The notes under the pieces: model-generated
The model's database searches: none
Told to the model about the DNA's origin: nothing
What the model saw: the letters and a program-made list of their open reading frames with translations, nothing else
In this document: piece after piece, positions 8,023 through 17,082 of the stretch
How the letters are laid out: every line of letters starts with the position of its first letter
Position numbering within the stretch: position 1 is the first letter of the stretch
Translations under genes and position numbers: made by a program
Source: Vicinamibacterales bacterium
GTDB lineage: Bacteria; Acidobacteriota; Vicinamibacteria; Vicinamibacterales; UBA8438
Reading direction: 5' to 3'
NCBI GenBank assembly: GCA_965207615.1
Contig: CBDBMZ010000003.1
Location: 6,463,972-6,527,971, forward strand
DNA length: 64,000 nucleotides

Positions 8023-10668
8023 ATGAAATGCGCCTCAGTTAGCGTGGGCATCGCCCGCTATTCGCAGCCTCACTACAACGCCAGTGCCTTGCGACTCAAG
8101 TACGCAGCTAGCGACGCAAAGGCCTTTCATCAATACGCATCGACGGCCTGGGACGACCGTCAGAGCGTGCATCTCCTGTACACGGATTACGACGCTAGCG
8201 TTGCGTCCGTGCGCGACGCTCTCAACCGGGTTCGAAACGCTGGCCGCTTCGATGTTTTTATTTTGTACTTGAGTGGTCACGGAGAGCTAGACACCGATCG
8301 CCAATGCGGATCGTTTTGTCTCGCCGATGCTCGGAAAGGCGTATCCAGTCTGGACGGACCGACTCTGGATGAAATGCTCGCTGGAATTGATGCGGATACA
8401 ACCCTGTGTCTTCTGGACTGCTGTCACGCCGAAGCAATTACATCTGGAATGGAGTTTTTTGCCAGACTTCGCCCGGGCCAGCGCGCCCGGGTCTTCATTG
8501 CATCCTCCCGGACGAACCAGCACTCCTGGGAGACTGACCGGCTGAAACGTTCTGTGTTTTCCGACGTCCTGCTGCGCGCGTTGTCCAACTCGAGTGACAT
8601 CGCTGACGCCCATGGTTGGGTAGATCTTGAAGCCTCGCTGCTACCGAGATTGCGGGAACAAGTACCGCTCAACACCCTGGCGGGCATTAGCGCTACGGGG
8701 CAGGATCCAGTCGCCGGCGGCGTGTGCGTGAGTGCGACCAAGCTGCCGACTGTTACAGCCGAATCCCTCGGACGGGAGCTGAAACTTGCCGATACTGTTC
8801 GTCGTCGGGTACGTGGCGTAGTGAGAGGCCTTATGATGGGCGTGGCCGCCACTCTCGTCGCTCTTGACGTAATGTGCTTTCACTTGATTACGACTGGTAG
8901 TGGAGAGATTGCGATACGACCGGGCCTTCGTGAGACATACTCGCTTATGCCGTTTCACCTGGGACGCCAACTCGATAGCGGTTTTACACTCCAAGACATC
9001 GATCCGGAACAGATCGAGCTATTGCGCAACTTGCGTAGTGGTTCTATCTGGGGATTCTGGAGTCATCGCGATCAGTATGGACTAACGCCGTGGCTCCAGG
9101 GGGTGCAGCATGGCATGGTCGGGGCCAGAACTTTCTTTGTGTCTGCCATGGCAAGTGGTGTGGTTAGTCAACGTAATGAGCCGAGGCCGCCTTTGCACGA
9201 AGCAGTGTTTTTGGCCGAGCTGCACGGGATGCCGATTGCGGACGTTGCGAGCGGGATCTACAACGGTCTTAATGACATAGTGGACGCGGTGAATTGCGAG
9301 CCTGGATCTATGGATTTTGGGCTATTTGATGCGGATACACAAGTGTTCGGGCGAGACATGGCGTGGTTAGCGACTACCGCTTCTGATGCGCCTGTGCGGC
9401 GCGCGCAACTTCTCGGACAATTGGTTGTGCGAGCCGCCCATAGGGCCGGGCATGAGGACAGCGTCATCGTGGCGGAGCAAGACTATCGTCACTTTGCGAG
9501 AGCGCTCCGTATGCTCGCGGGCGCACAGCGTGGGAGTGCGGCAAGTAGCGCGTTCTTGACGGAATCCAGAAGGCGCTTGGTTGGTCTGGAGCGGGGATGG
9601 TGTACTCCACACTCGATACTTGCACAGGCTTTGGTGCTTGGCGAGAGAGGTAGAGCGGAGGCCTATTTCGTGAACCGGATGAAGTGGGGGTACGCAGACG
9701 CGCTCGACTATGAGTTGGCAGAGGTCGTCAAGCGAACATCGAAGGTAGCACTTGAAGAAATGGCGGCTGCGAGCCCGATAGGGGATGATGCGCTCACAGA
9801 GCTTGAAGCGTTGGCACGCGATAGATGGCGCGACGCGGACGCGGACGTGGACTTTTCGTTGCCAGACGAGGCCATCGGGACGCTCAGAGCTATCTCGCGG
9901 ACACAATCTCTGGGAAGCAAACTGACGCGGGACGCGGTAGCGAGGATGGAAGCGGCGCCGGTTGGCGGGTTCGATATGGCACCGCTCGCGGCGTTCAGCG
10001 TTCTCGCTGGGAATGCTTGTGCTGATCGCGAGCTGTACGAACGACTCCGCGAGTGGGCATCGGGACAACGGCAAGTACAAGGGGGCATGTCGGACTTTCA
10101 GGAGGGGTTGGGGTATCTCTTGCGCTGTGCGGAGGATGGCTCTTGGCGCGAAGAGCAGGCCGCGCTTCTCGTGGAACGGCTGTCGCCGGGGACCCGCCTA
10201 GTGCCGCCAGCGGTCGGGTATCGAGGGGAGATTGTGGTTGCGTCATGGGGTGATGAGATTGCGGTGGCTCTGGGCAGAGCCCTCCAGGGGAATGTCAGGC
10301 TGCGCTCGGAGACGCTTGCGGTTCTGGTCGACATTGCGATGGGCCGTTCAGAAATGAAAGAAAGAGAGGAAATTCTCCGCGGGCTGGGTGACGTGTGGTT
10401 TCAGGATTCGGAACTAAGACAATTGGCTAGTACCATCCGGCAACGGGCGATTGCGGCGCGGGGCGACGCTATGAGAAGAAGAGTGGAGAGTGAAGTAGCA
10501 GCTGTCTACATCGCGGGGCTGGGGGAGGGGATGAGGAGCCGTACGGTTGCGGGACTGTTGGACGAGTGGCGGGCGAGTTCGGATCCTGAACTTCGAATCG
10601 CCTTGGCAGAGACCGTGAGTTTGGCGGAGATTGCCCTGTTGAAAACAGCGAAGATAGACGGTTCGTGA
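8023..10668 (+). CDS. Caspase-like (peptidase C14-type His/Cys dyad) protein with a TM helix and ~590-aa uncharacterised C-terminal domain
   Basis: VSVGIARY..., FDVFILYLSGHG (His codon 8278-8280) and TLCLLDCCHA (Cys codons 8419-8424) fit the caspase/metacaspase pattern. TM helix GLMMGVAATLVALDVMCFHLI (~8827-8889). Start taken at ATG 8023; the listed ORF start at 7714 overlaps the upstream gene in another frame with junk-like sequence. Confidence 0.7.
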   Translation: MKCASVSVGIARYSQPHYNASALRLKYAASDAKAFHQYASTAWDDRQSVHLLYTDYDASVASVRDALNRVRNAGRFDVFILYLSGHGELDTDRQCGSFCLADARKGVSSLDGPTLDEMLAGIDADTTLCLLDCCHAEAITSGMEFFARLRPGQRARVFIASSRTNQHSWETDRLKRSVFSDVLLRALSNSSDIADAHGWVDLEASLLPRLREQVPLNTLAGISATGQDPVAGGVCVSATKLPTVTAESLGRELKLADTVRRRVRGVVRGLMMGVAATLVALDVMCFHLITTGSGEIAIRPGLRETYSLMPFHLGRQLDSGFTLQDIDPEQIELLRNLRSGSIWGFWSHRDQYGLTPWLQGVQHGMVGARTFFVSAMASGVVSQRNEPRPPLHEAVFLAELHGMPIADVASGIYNGLNDIVDAVNCEPGSMDFGLFDADTQVFGRDMAWLATTASDAPVRRAQLLGQLVVRAAHRAGHEDSVIVAEQDYRHFARALRMLAGAQRGSAASSAFLTESRRRLVGLERGWCTPHSILAQALVLGERGRAEAYFVNRMKWGYADALDYELAEVVKRTSKVALEEMAAASPIGDDALTELEALARDRWRDADADVDFSLPDEAIGTLRAISRTQSLGSKLTRDAVARMEAAPVGGFDMAPLAAFSVLAGNACADRELYERLREWASGQRQVQGGMSDFQEGLGYLLRCAEDGSWREEQAALLVERLSPGTRLVPPAVGYRGEIVVASWGDEIAVALGRALQGNVRLRSETLAVLVDIAMGRSEMKEREEILRGLGDVWFQDSELRQLASTIRQRAIAARGDAMRRRVESEVAAVYIAGLGEGMRSRTVAGLLDEWRASSDPELRIALAETVSLAEIALLKTAKIDGS

Positions 10669-10799
10669 ACGTGGGCAGATTGCGCACCTGCGGTGGCCGT
10701 TGGTCCTGGTGGCGTGCGATTTCGGACGCGGAGCACAATGGCAGATACTCGAGTCGCTCTCCCTCTGCCGATAGCCGCCCGCGCGTCCGTTTCTGGAGC

Positions 10800-11335
10800 G
10801 CCGAGCTACGGCGCCAGCGAGAGGACCGGCGGCGCCCCCTTGGTGACGACGTGCTTCGGGCCGCGGACGGCCGCGGCTGGGTTCACCGACAGGACCTGTG
10901 GTGGGCGCGAGGCCTCGGACTGCGCGACGTCTCTCCGCTCCACGTGAGCCGCCTACATCCGGACCCACCCGGGATAGGTCCCGACCGTGAAGCAGCACCC
11001 GGCCGCGAACCGCATGCTCGGCGACTGGCTCGTCGTCAGCCACCCAGGAATTGTCCCACCGCCGGTCCGTACGCCGCCCGCGTCCTCACGTTCGCGATTC
11101 TTCCGGCGAAGAACTCCGGGAACCGCGCCACCGCCGACGGCCCCGTGTCGACGGTCACCTGCGGCAGGACGATCTCTTCTCTCCCGCCGCGATCGCCGGC
11201 TCCGCGACCGGCACCAAGACCTCCGTCGTCATCCGGTCACCACTTCTCCCCCGCCCGCTCAACGACCAGGGCGCGCACGTCTATCCACCTCGACGCGGAA
11301 CGCGGGTCGCCCGCGGTGCTTCTTGAGCTGCTGCA
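10800..11335 (-). pseudogene. Truncated, rearranged copy of the tyrosine integrase gene plus part of its upstream partner gene
   Basis: DNA is alignable by eye with 13,590-14,300. The catalytic C-terminal half is missing. Segment 10,899-11,040 is inverted relative to the second copy (reads ...RDVSPLHV..AYIRT...PTVKQHPAANRMLGDWLVVS on the + strand). The partner gene carries a deletion. Confidence 0.7.
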
Positions 11336-11933
11336 GGTTTCACCAGCCCGTGCCGCGGCCGACGCCCCGGGACGAGGAACGCGACGGGGAGCAGGAACCG
11401 GCGGTCGCGCACCTGCTGGTGTTCCACCGTCGCGAGGACAAGTCCATGTGGTGGGAGTTCTTCCACCGGTGCGGCTTTAACGAGGAGGGGCACGTTGAGA
11501 GCCGGGCCACGCTCGGGGCGCTGACCTTACGCCGGCGAGGCGGGACAGGTGTCATCCACAGCTACCGCTTGCCCGAGCAGCCGCACGAGATCGAGGTCGG
11601 AGACTCGGCGAAGAACCCCGACACCGCGGAATCCGATGAACTCAAGCGGGAGTTCTGCGGGACGGTGGTCGCGAGCCCCGCCTTCGCCGGCCCCGACGTC
11701 GAGCCGCACGGACAACCGGCCAGGCGCGGCCACAGGCGCGTCGGACGACAGGTCGACGTCCTGGCCGGCGGCGGCCGCGAGAACCTGTCGCGGCGACGGG
11801 CGAAACCCCGCGCGGCGTCGGTCGCCCGCGCCTCTGCCGAGGGTCAGCGACGGCGGCTGCGGACGCGACCGCCTCGGACTCGCTGCCGCGACGTCGTGGC
11901 CGGTGGCCGCGGACGGCGGCGAGGCCGCTCCGA

Positions 11934-12542
11934 TCAGCCGCCCATCTCGCGGCGTATGGGCTCAACGTAGTCGCACCACTTCCGGACGTAGCCACCCTGC
12001 CAGCGATGGAAATGCTCGGTGATCCAAGGTTCGAAGTCGTACGGTGCGATGCGTCTGCTGAGCGCCGTGAGGGAGGTCCACTTTTCTCGCGAGAGGTCGA
12101 CAGCGGGGGTGGAAACTTCGACGTTGATCCGTACCATAAAGCGAGCCGGTTCCTGCGGCGTTGGCTCGGCACGATCGCTAGGATCGTCGAGAGGGATTTC
12201 GACGCCGATCTCCAAGGTGTCGGTCGGAGTTCTCAGCTCGCAGGGAATGGGCGGAGGGTTCCACTGAGCGTGGGGATGCGCCCGGCTCAGGTCCGATCCG
12301 CGGGCGACGTGGACGCCGACGCGATGGACGATCATCGGGATCGAAGTTGCGGGCTGAACCCTCGCCACTGTTGCGGCGGAGTGGCCTAGCCGCGAGCTGA
12401 CGGAGCCCCAGTCGAGCCGGAGAATCGGCAGGCGGTTCGCGCGGAACTGGCGCTCGATGCTGCGGGCCATCTTCAGGGTGGCGATCGCCAAAATCAGGGT
12501 GATGAGCACGAGCGTGCCAGAGATTACGGCGTCTATACCCAT
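11934..12542 (-). CDS. Hypothetical membrane-anchored protein (202 aa)
   Basis: ATG at 12542 preceded by GAGAAAG. N-terminal TM helix GIDAVISGTLVLITLILAIATL, then a soluble domain (…FEPWITEHFHRWQGGYVRKWCDYVEPIRREMGG). G+C locally lower. No family recognised. Confidence 0.5.
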   Translation of the reverse strand: MGIDAVISGTLVLITLILAIATLKMARSIERQFRANRLPILRLDWGSVSSRLGHSAATVARVQPATSIPMIVHRVGVHVARGSDLSRAHPHAQWNPPPIPCELRTPTDTLEIGVEIPLDDPSDRAEPTPQEPARFMVRINVEVSTPAVDLSREKWTSLTALSRRIAPYDFEPWITEHFHRWQGGYVRKWCDYVEPIRREMGG

Positions 12543-12689
12543 CTTTGCTTTCTCGGTCCTTGCGCGCGACCTCACGGCCCGCCGCCGGCCAGCCCGGGAC
12601 CCCCGACAAGACGGGTCCGCGACCTGTCCGACGCGGCGCCGCGCGCATCGCGGCTGGTCAGCCGCACGCTCCCGGTCCTCGCCGCGCGC

Positions 12690-12940
12690 AGCGCCGGCGC
12701 GACCCCGTTGTCGGGCGACACCCGTGATGCAGGCGGTCAGGCCGACGCTGACCACGGCGAACCCGAGCACGGTGGGGTTGATCGCCAGGGGCGATAGCCC
12801 ACGAGGCGAGGACGACGCCGAGGGCGCCCGCGCCGAGCCCGAGCACCGCCGCCTCCACCAGGAACTGCCGCGCGATCCGCCAGCGTCCCGCGCCTGGCCC
12901 TGCTGCTGCTCATCGCCTGCGTCAACGTCGCGACAGGGCG
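12690..12940. pseudogene. Head-to-head fragments of an ADOP/FtsX-type permease gene
   Basis: The minus strand reads GPGAGRWRIARQFLVEAAVLGLGAGALGVVLASW, then (frameshifted) GLSPLAINPTVLGFAVVSVGLTACITGV. The plus strand from ~12,894 reads LALLLLIACVNVA. Both are motifs of the permeases at 20.6-26.2 kb. The junction is at ~12,895-12,903. Confidence 0.55.
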
Positions 12941-13034
12941 CGCGTGCGCGGCGACACCCTGCCACGTCCGCGCGCCAGTCCCTCGACGGTCGAGAAGTCC
13001 TACGCCTGCGCGGGCCGCGGGGGAACGTCCACGT

Positions 13035-14017
13035 TCAGATCACGATACGCTCGATCTCGTCGACAGTCACCGTATCCGCCGTCCGGTCGTAGAGCTTCGT
13101 CGTCTTCGGCGACGCGTGCCCCGCGATCTGCTGCGCACGCTCAAGCGTCCCCCCGTTCGACAGGTACGCCGTGATCCCAGTCGCCCGGAACGTGTGGCAG
13201 CACGTCGACGGCGGCAGCCCCGCGGCCGCGGCACGCCGCTTGATCATCGCCAGGACGAGGCGCCGGTCGAGCGCCCGGCCGGTCAGCCGCCGCCCCGCCG
13301 GGTCGAGGGTCTGGAAGAGCGCCGCCTTCGGCTCTTCGAGCCCGCCCACTTCGACGTAGGCGTCGAGGGCCGCAGCCGCACGGTGGTGGGCCGGCACGTC
13401 GTGCCGCTTCCCGCCTTTCTCGTGGAGCCTCAACCAGCCCCGGCTCCCCTGCCCGAAATAGTCCTGCCGCCGCATCCCCAACACCGCGCTCACCCGCGCG
13501 AAGCTGTAGAGCATCACCGAGAGCAGCGCCCGGTCCCGGAGCCCGGCCAGGGCGCCCGTGTCGATCGACGCGAGGAGCTTCCTCGCCTCCGCCGGCGAGA
13601 GGACCGGCGTCGCGCCCTTGGTGAGGACGTGCTTCGGGCCCCGCACGGCCGCGGCGGGGTTCATTGGGAGGACCTGGCTGACGACGAGCCAGTCGCCGAG
13701 CATGCGGATCGCGGCCAAGTGCTGCTTCACCGTGGGGGCCGATCCGGGATGGTCCGGATGTAGGCGGCCACGTGGAGCGGCGAGACGTCGCGCAGCCGGA
13801 GGCCTCGCGCCTCGCACCACCCCAGGAATTGCCCCACGGCCCGCCCGTACGCCGCCCGCGTCCTCGCGTTCGCGATCCGCCCCGCGAAGAACTCCAGGAA
13901 CCGCCCCACCGCCTGAGGCCCCGGGTCGACGATCACCTGCGGCAGGACGATCTCCCCTCCCCCGCCCGTCGCGATCGCCGGCTCAGCGGCCGCCGGCGCC
14001 AGGGCTTCCGTCGTCAT
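13035..14017 (-). CDS. Tyrosine recombinase / phage-type integrase (apparent frameshift at ~13,734-13,738)
   Basis: C-terminal part (13035..13820 ORF): RDRALLSVMLYSFARVSAVLGM, WLRLHEKGGKRHDVPAH, HTFRATGITAYLSNGG, GHASPKTTKLYD. N-terminal SAM-like part (MTTEALAP...TRAAYGRAVGQFLGWCEARGLRLRDVSPLHVAAYIRTIPDR) is in another frame, joined at a G5 run. Confidence 0.8.
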
Positions 14018-14530
14018 TCCGTCACCACCTCGCCTCCGCCGGCTCCCCTGTCGACGAGCGCCTCGAACCGCTCGTAGTCGTTCACGAGCGCATGCGCCAA
14101 CGCGTAGAGCTGCTCGACGGCGTTCTTCGCGCCGTCGAAGCGCACCTCGATCCGGTCCCGTTCGACGGTGACGCCGTCGGGCAGGCTCGCGAGCTTCGCG
14201 CCGAGGGGACTCGACGGGCAGCTTCACGCGGATCCCGGTCAGCCGCGCCTGCCGGAGTTCGCCGACCAGGCGCTGGCGACGTTCCTCCTCGACGCGGAAC
14301 GCGGCACGGCCGCGGTGTTTCCGGAGCTGCTGCCGGAGCTTCGTCCTCGGCAGCGTTCTCTGGTTGCCGGTGAGCTCCGCCCCGAAGGTCTGCATCAGCG
14401 TCGCCGCCCTGGCCTTCGACACGCCGAAGAGCCGCTCGACATCGCGCCGCGTGAGCAGGGTCCGGTCGAGCTGCTCGAGTTGGCTGATGGCGTCGGGGAT
14501 GGCGAGGAGCCACCGGGGCTTCGCGGGCAC
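14014..14530 (-). CDS. Integrase-associated hypothetical protein, possibly DNA-binding (apparent frameshift at G4 run 14,205-14,208)
   Basis: PAKPRWLLAIPDAISQLEQLDRTLLTRRDVERLFGVSKARAATLMQTFG... continues after a 1-nt shift as LGAKLASLPDGVTVERDRIEVRFDGAKNAVEQLYALAHALVNDYERFEALV...*. The stop overlaps the integrase ATG (ATGA). GTG start at 14530 is a guess. Confidence 0.4.
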
Positions 14531-14952
14531 GGTGCAGGTCCTCAACGCCAGTGGTCCGCCGTGCCGGCTGGCAGCGGCGTGAACGGGTTCGCGCGGGCGA
14601 TGTCGGCCTGGGTGTCGACCTGCCGCCTGATGCGCCGACGGCCACGCTCGGCGGCGGCGGTCCGGGCCGGCTGGAGGCCTCCGTCTCGACGACGTCGGCC
14701 GGCGCGGTCGCGGCGAGTTCGACGGCCACGCCGACGGCGGCGCGCCCCGGGCGCCCGAGGGTCGCGACGAGCTCGTCGACGTCGGCTGGCGGACCTCCAG
14801 ACCCGCCCGGCGCCGCCGCTGCCGAGGCGGCAGTTCCTGGGGCGAAGAACCTCCGAACCCCCGCCCTCGAGGCCCTCGGAGGCCTCGCCGCGGTCCTCGC
14901 CGGAACCGACGCCCTGACGAAGTGGGCTCGCAGTGCAACCGCGCCGTATCGG

Positions 14953-15942
14953 GTGGTGACCCACGCGAAGGCCTTGCTGATGGCCGGTGACGGCGTGGCG
15001 AACAGTCGCATCGCGGCCAGGCTGGGCATCAGCCGGCCGACGGTCTTGAAATGGCGATCGCGGTTTGGGTCCGATGGACTGGATTCGGTGGGCGAGATAC
15101 GCCCCGGCCGCGGACGGAAACCCGAGATCACCGCGCGTCAGGTACAGGCCATCGTGCAGGCCACTCTGGAGGAAACGCCGCCGGGTGTCGCCCACTGGAG
15201 TTGTCGTTCGATGGCCAAGGCGGCCGGCGTGAGTCACTCGACGGTCCAGCGCATCTGGCACGCGCACGGGTTGCGGCCGCGCGGGGCAACGTCATTCAGG
15301 TTGTCGGCGGACTTGGCGTTCGTCGCGAGGGTGACCGATGTCGTGGGGCTGTACCTGAACCCGCCGGACAGGGTGGTCGTGTTGTGCGTCGACGAGAAGA
15401 GCCAGATCGCGGCTCTGGAGCGCACGCAGACGGGTCCGCCGGCGAAGCCGGCCTGCTCGGACACGATGAACGCCGGCGGCGAGCGCGCCGACGAGACGAT
15501 GTTGCTCGCCGCGTTGAACGTGCTGACGGGCCGGCTCATCGGCGAGTGTCACGGGCGCCGGCGGGATCAGGAGTTCCTGAAGTTCCTGCGGCGTCTCGAC
15601 CGTGGCTTCCCCCGAGACCTCGTTCTGCACGTGATCCTGGACGACCACGGAACCCCCAACCGAGAGACGGTTCACAAGTGGCTGGCCGGGCATCCACGAT
15701 TCAGGTTGCACTTCACGCCCGCCGGTGCCTCGTGGCTGAATCTCGTCGAGAGCTGGTTCAGCGGGTTGACGCAGCACCTTCGTCGTGACGCCCTCTGCAG
15801 CGTGCACGAATCGGTCGCGGCCATCGAAGAGTACATGATGCACGACGACGCCGACGTGGGGCCGTTCGTGTGGAGCACCACCGTCGACGCCGTACTCGAC
15901 AGGGTCCGCAACCGTGGAGCCGCCCTCGAGTCGAGCCGCTAG
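14953..15942 (+). CDS. IS630-family transposase (full DDE core; N-terminal boundary uncertain)
   Basis: SRPTVLKWRSRFGSDGL HTH; VLCVDEKSQIAALER; HVILDDHGTPN; HFTPAGASWLNLVESWFSGL. Homology to the 2002 copy extends upstream to ~14,866 without an obvious ATG/GTG/TTG. I could not define the IS ends. Confidence 0.75.
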   Translation: MVTHAKALLMAGDGVANSRIAARLGISRPTVLKWRSRFGSDGLDSVGEIRPGRGRKPEITARQVQAIVQATLEETPPGVAHWSCRSMAKAAGVSHSTVQRIWHAHGLRPRGATSFRLSADLAFVARVTDVVGLYLNPPDRVVVLCVDEKSQIAALERTQTGPPAKPACSDTMNAGGERADETMLLAALNVLTGRLIGECHGRRRDQEFLKFLRRLDRGFPRDLVLHVILDDHGTPNRETVHKWLAGHPRFRLHFTPAGASWLNLVESWFSGLTQHLRRDALCSVHESVAAIEEYMMHDDADVGPFVWSTTVDAVLDRVRNRGAALESSR

Positions 15943-16739
15943 AAGTCGACGGCCATCCCGACGTGCACGCTCAGCAGGTCGACCGCCGATCGCGTCGGCT
16001 CCAGCGTCACCCCGCCCTCGTGGCGATTCACCGCACCCTTCGTCAGGTACTCGACGTCGCCGCCCGTGAAGTAGCGGACGCCGAGGTCGAGATTCAGCGT
16101 CGCGTGCGGTGTCGAGACGAGACCGACGGCCACGCCGCCGCCGGCCCCGGCGCTCGGCGCAAGGTCGCCGAGCAGGGTCGAGCCGGGGCGCCCCTCGTCG
16201 GGAACGATCGAGGTGCGCGTGAACACGTAGCGGAATCCCAGCAGGCCCTCGGCGTACGGCCGCACCCGTCCGGTCTGCGGCTGCAAGCGGACGAGGGCGT
16301 GCGTCTGCAGGAAGTGGTTGGTGGTGTTCACGTCGGACAGCACCTCGGGCACGGCCGGGGTCAGGGACAGGCGCCGCGTTTCCTTGCCGTACTGCAGGTA
16401 GCCGAGCTCGGCCCCGACGGCGATCGGCGTCCGGCCGATGTGGCTCGTGAAGTCCAGGCCCAGGCCGGGACTGGTGCCGACGCGGTCTCCGAAGTCGCCG
16501 ATGGGGATGCCGCCGAGCGGCCTCGCGGCGAAGCGGTAACGCCGGAAGGCGGTCGGGCCGGCTCCCGGCGGGGCGGGCGGCGCCGGCTGCCCGGCCGTCG
16601 GCGGCGCCGTGCCGGGCACGGGCTGCCCGAGGGCCGGTGACGCGCACGCGAGCAGCAGACAACCGGCGAGACCGCCGATGCAGCCGGTGATGCGCGCCAG
16701 GTGTGACCGGTGACTCGCTGACCAGGGATGTTCTCTCAC
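15939..16739 (-). CDS. Outer-membrane beta-barrel protein (OmpW/porin-like small barrel)
   Basis: Signal with lipobox-like LLLACAS, Pro-rich linker, alternating barrel strands, terminal ...VHVGMAVDF. The stop overlaps the IS630 transposase stop by 4 nt. Confidence 0.65.
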   Translation of the reverse strand: MREHPWSASHRSHLARITGCIGGLAGCLLLACASPALGQPVPGTAPPTAGQPAPPAPPGAGPTAFRRYRFAARPLGGIPIGDFGDRVGTSPGLGLDFTSHIGRTPIAVGAELGYLQYGKETRRLSLTPAVPEVLSDVNTTNHFLQTHALVRLQPQTGRVRPYAEGLLGFRYVFTRTSIVPDEGRPGSTLLGDLAPSAGAGGGVAVGLVSTPHATLNLDLGVRYFTGGDVEYLTKGAVNRHEGGVTLEPTRSAVDLLSVHVGMAVDF

Positions 16740-17082
16740 GGCGACCTCCCTCCTGCGACCTCGCGGGTGGACACAGAGCCTCGGTCACCTGGAGCAGCAA
16801 GGCCCGTGCCACCAGTCCAGGGAGCATCCAAGTCCCGTGCTGTGAACAGGTTGGCCCCGGTTGGGGGTGTCGGCGTCGACGAGGCCGGGTGACCTGTTCA
16901 GGCGACGGTCCTCGTCCTCTTCCTGCACCGCTCTTCAGAAGCTCGACCGTTTCACGTTGCTTCCACGCCCGATCTTGACATCGGGGGGCACGACCATCAG
17001 GATGCCCCGGGCGGGGACGCGTCGGAGCCGTTGACGGCGACCGACGCCCGAGTCGCCATTCGAGTCATGCAGAGGTGATTCC

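Noticed and set aside
11400-11933. Possible gene starting MWWEFFHRCGFNEEGHVESRATLGAL... within the 10987..11970 ORF
   Set aside because: Part of it looks protein-like, but the rest of the ORF is Arg-rich shadow sequence. No family is recognised and the boundaries are undefined.
14548-14563. CAGTGGTCCGCCGTG resembling the left TIR of the 1949-2571 IS630 relic, as a possible left end of the second IS630 copy
   Set aside because: No matching inverted sequence exists at the right side (~15,930-15,950). The similarity is short and may be chance.
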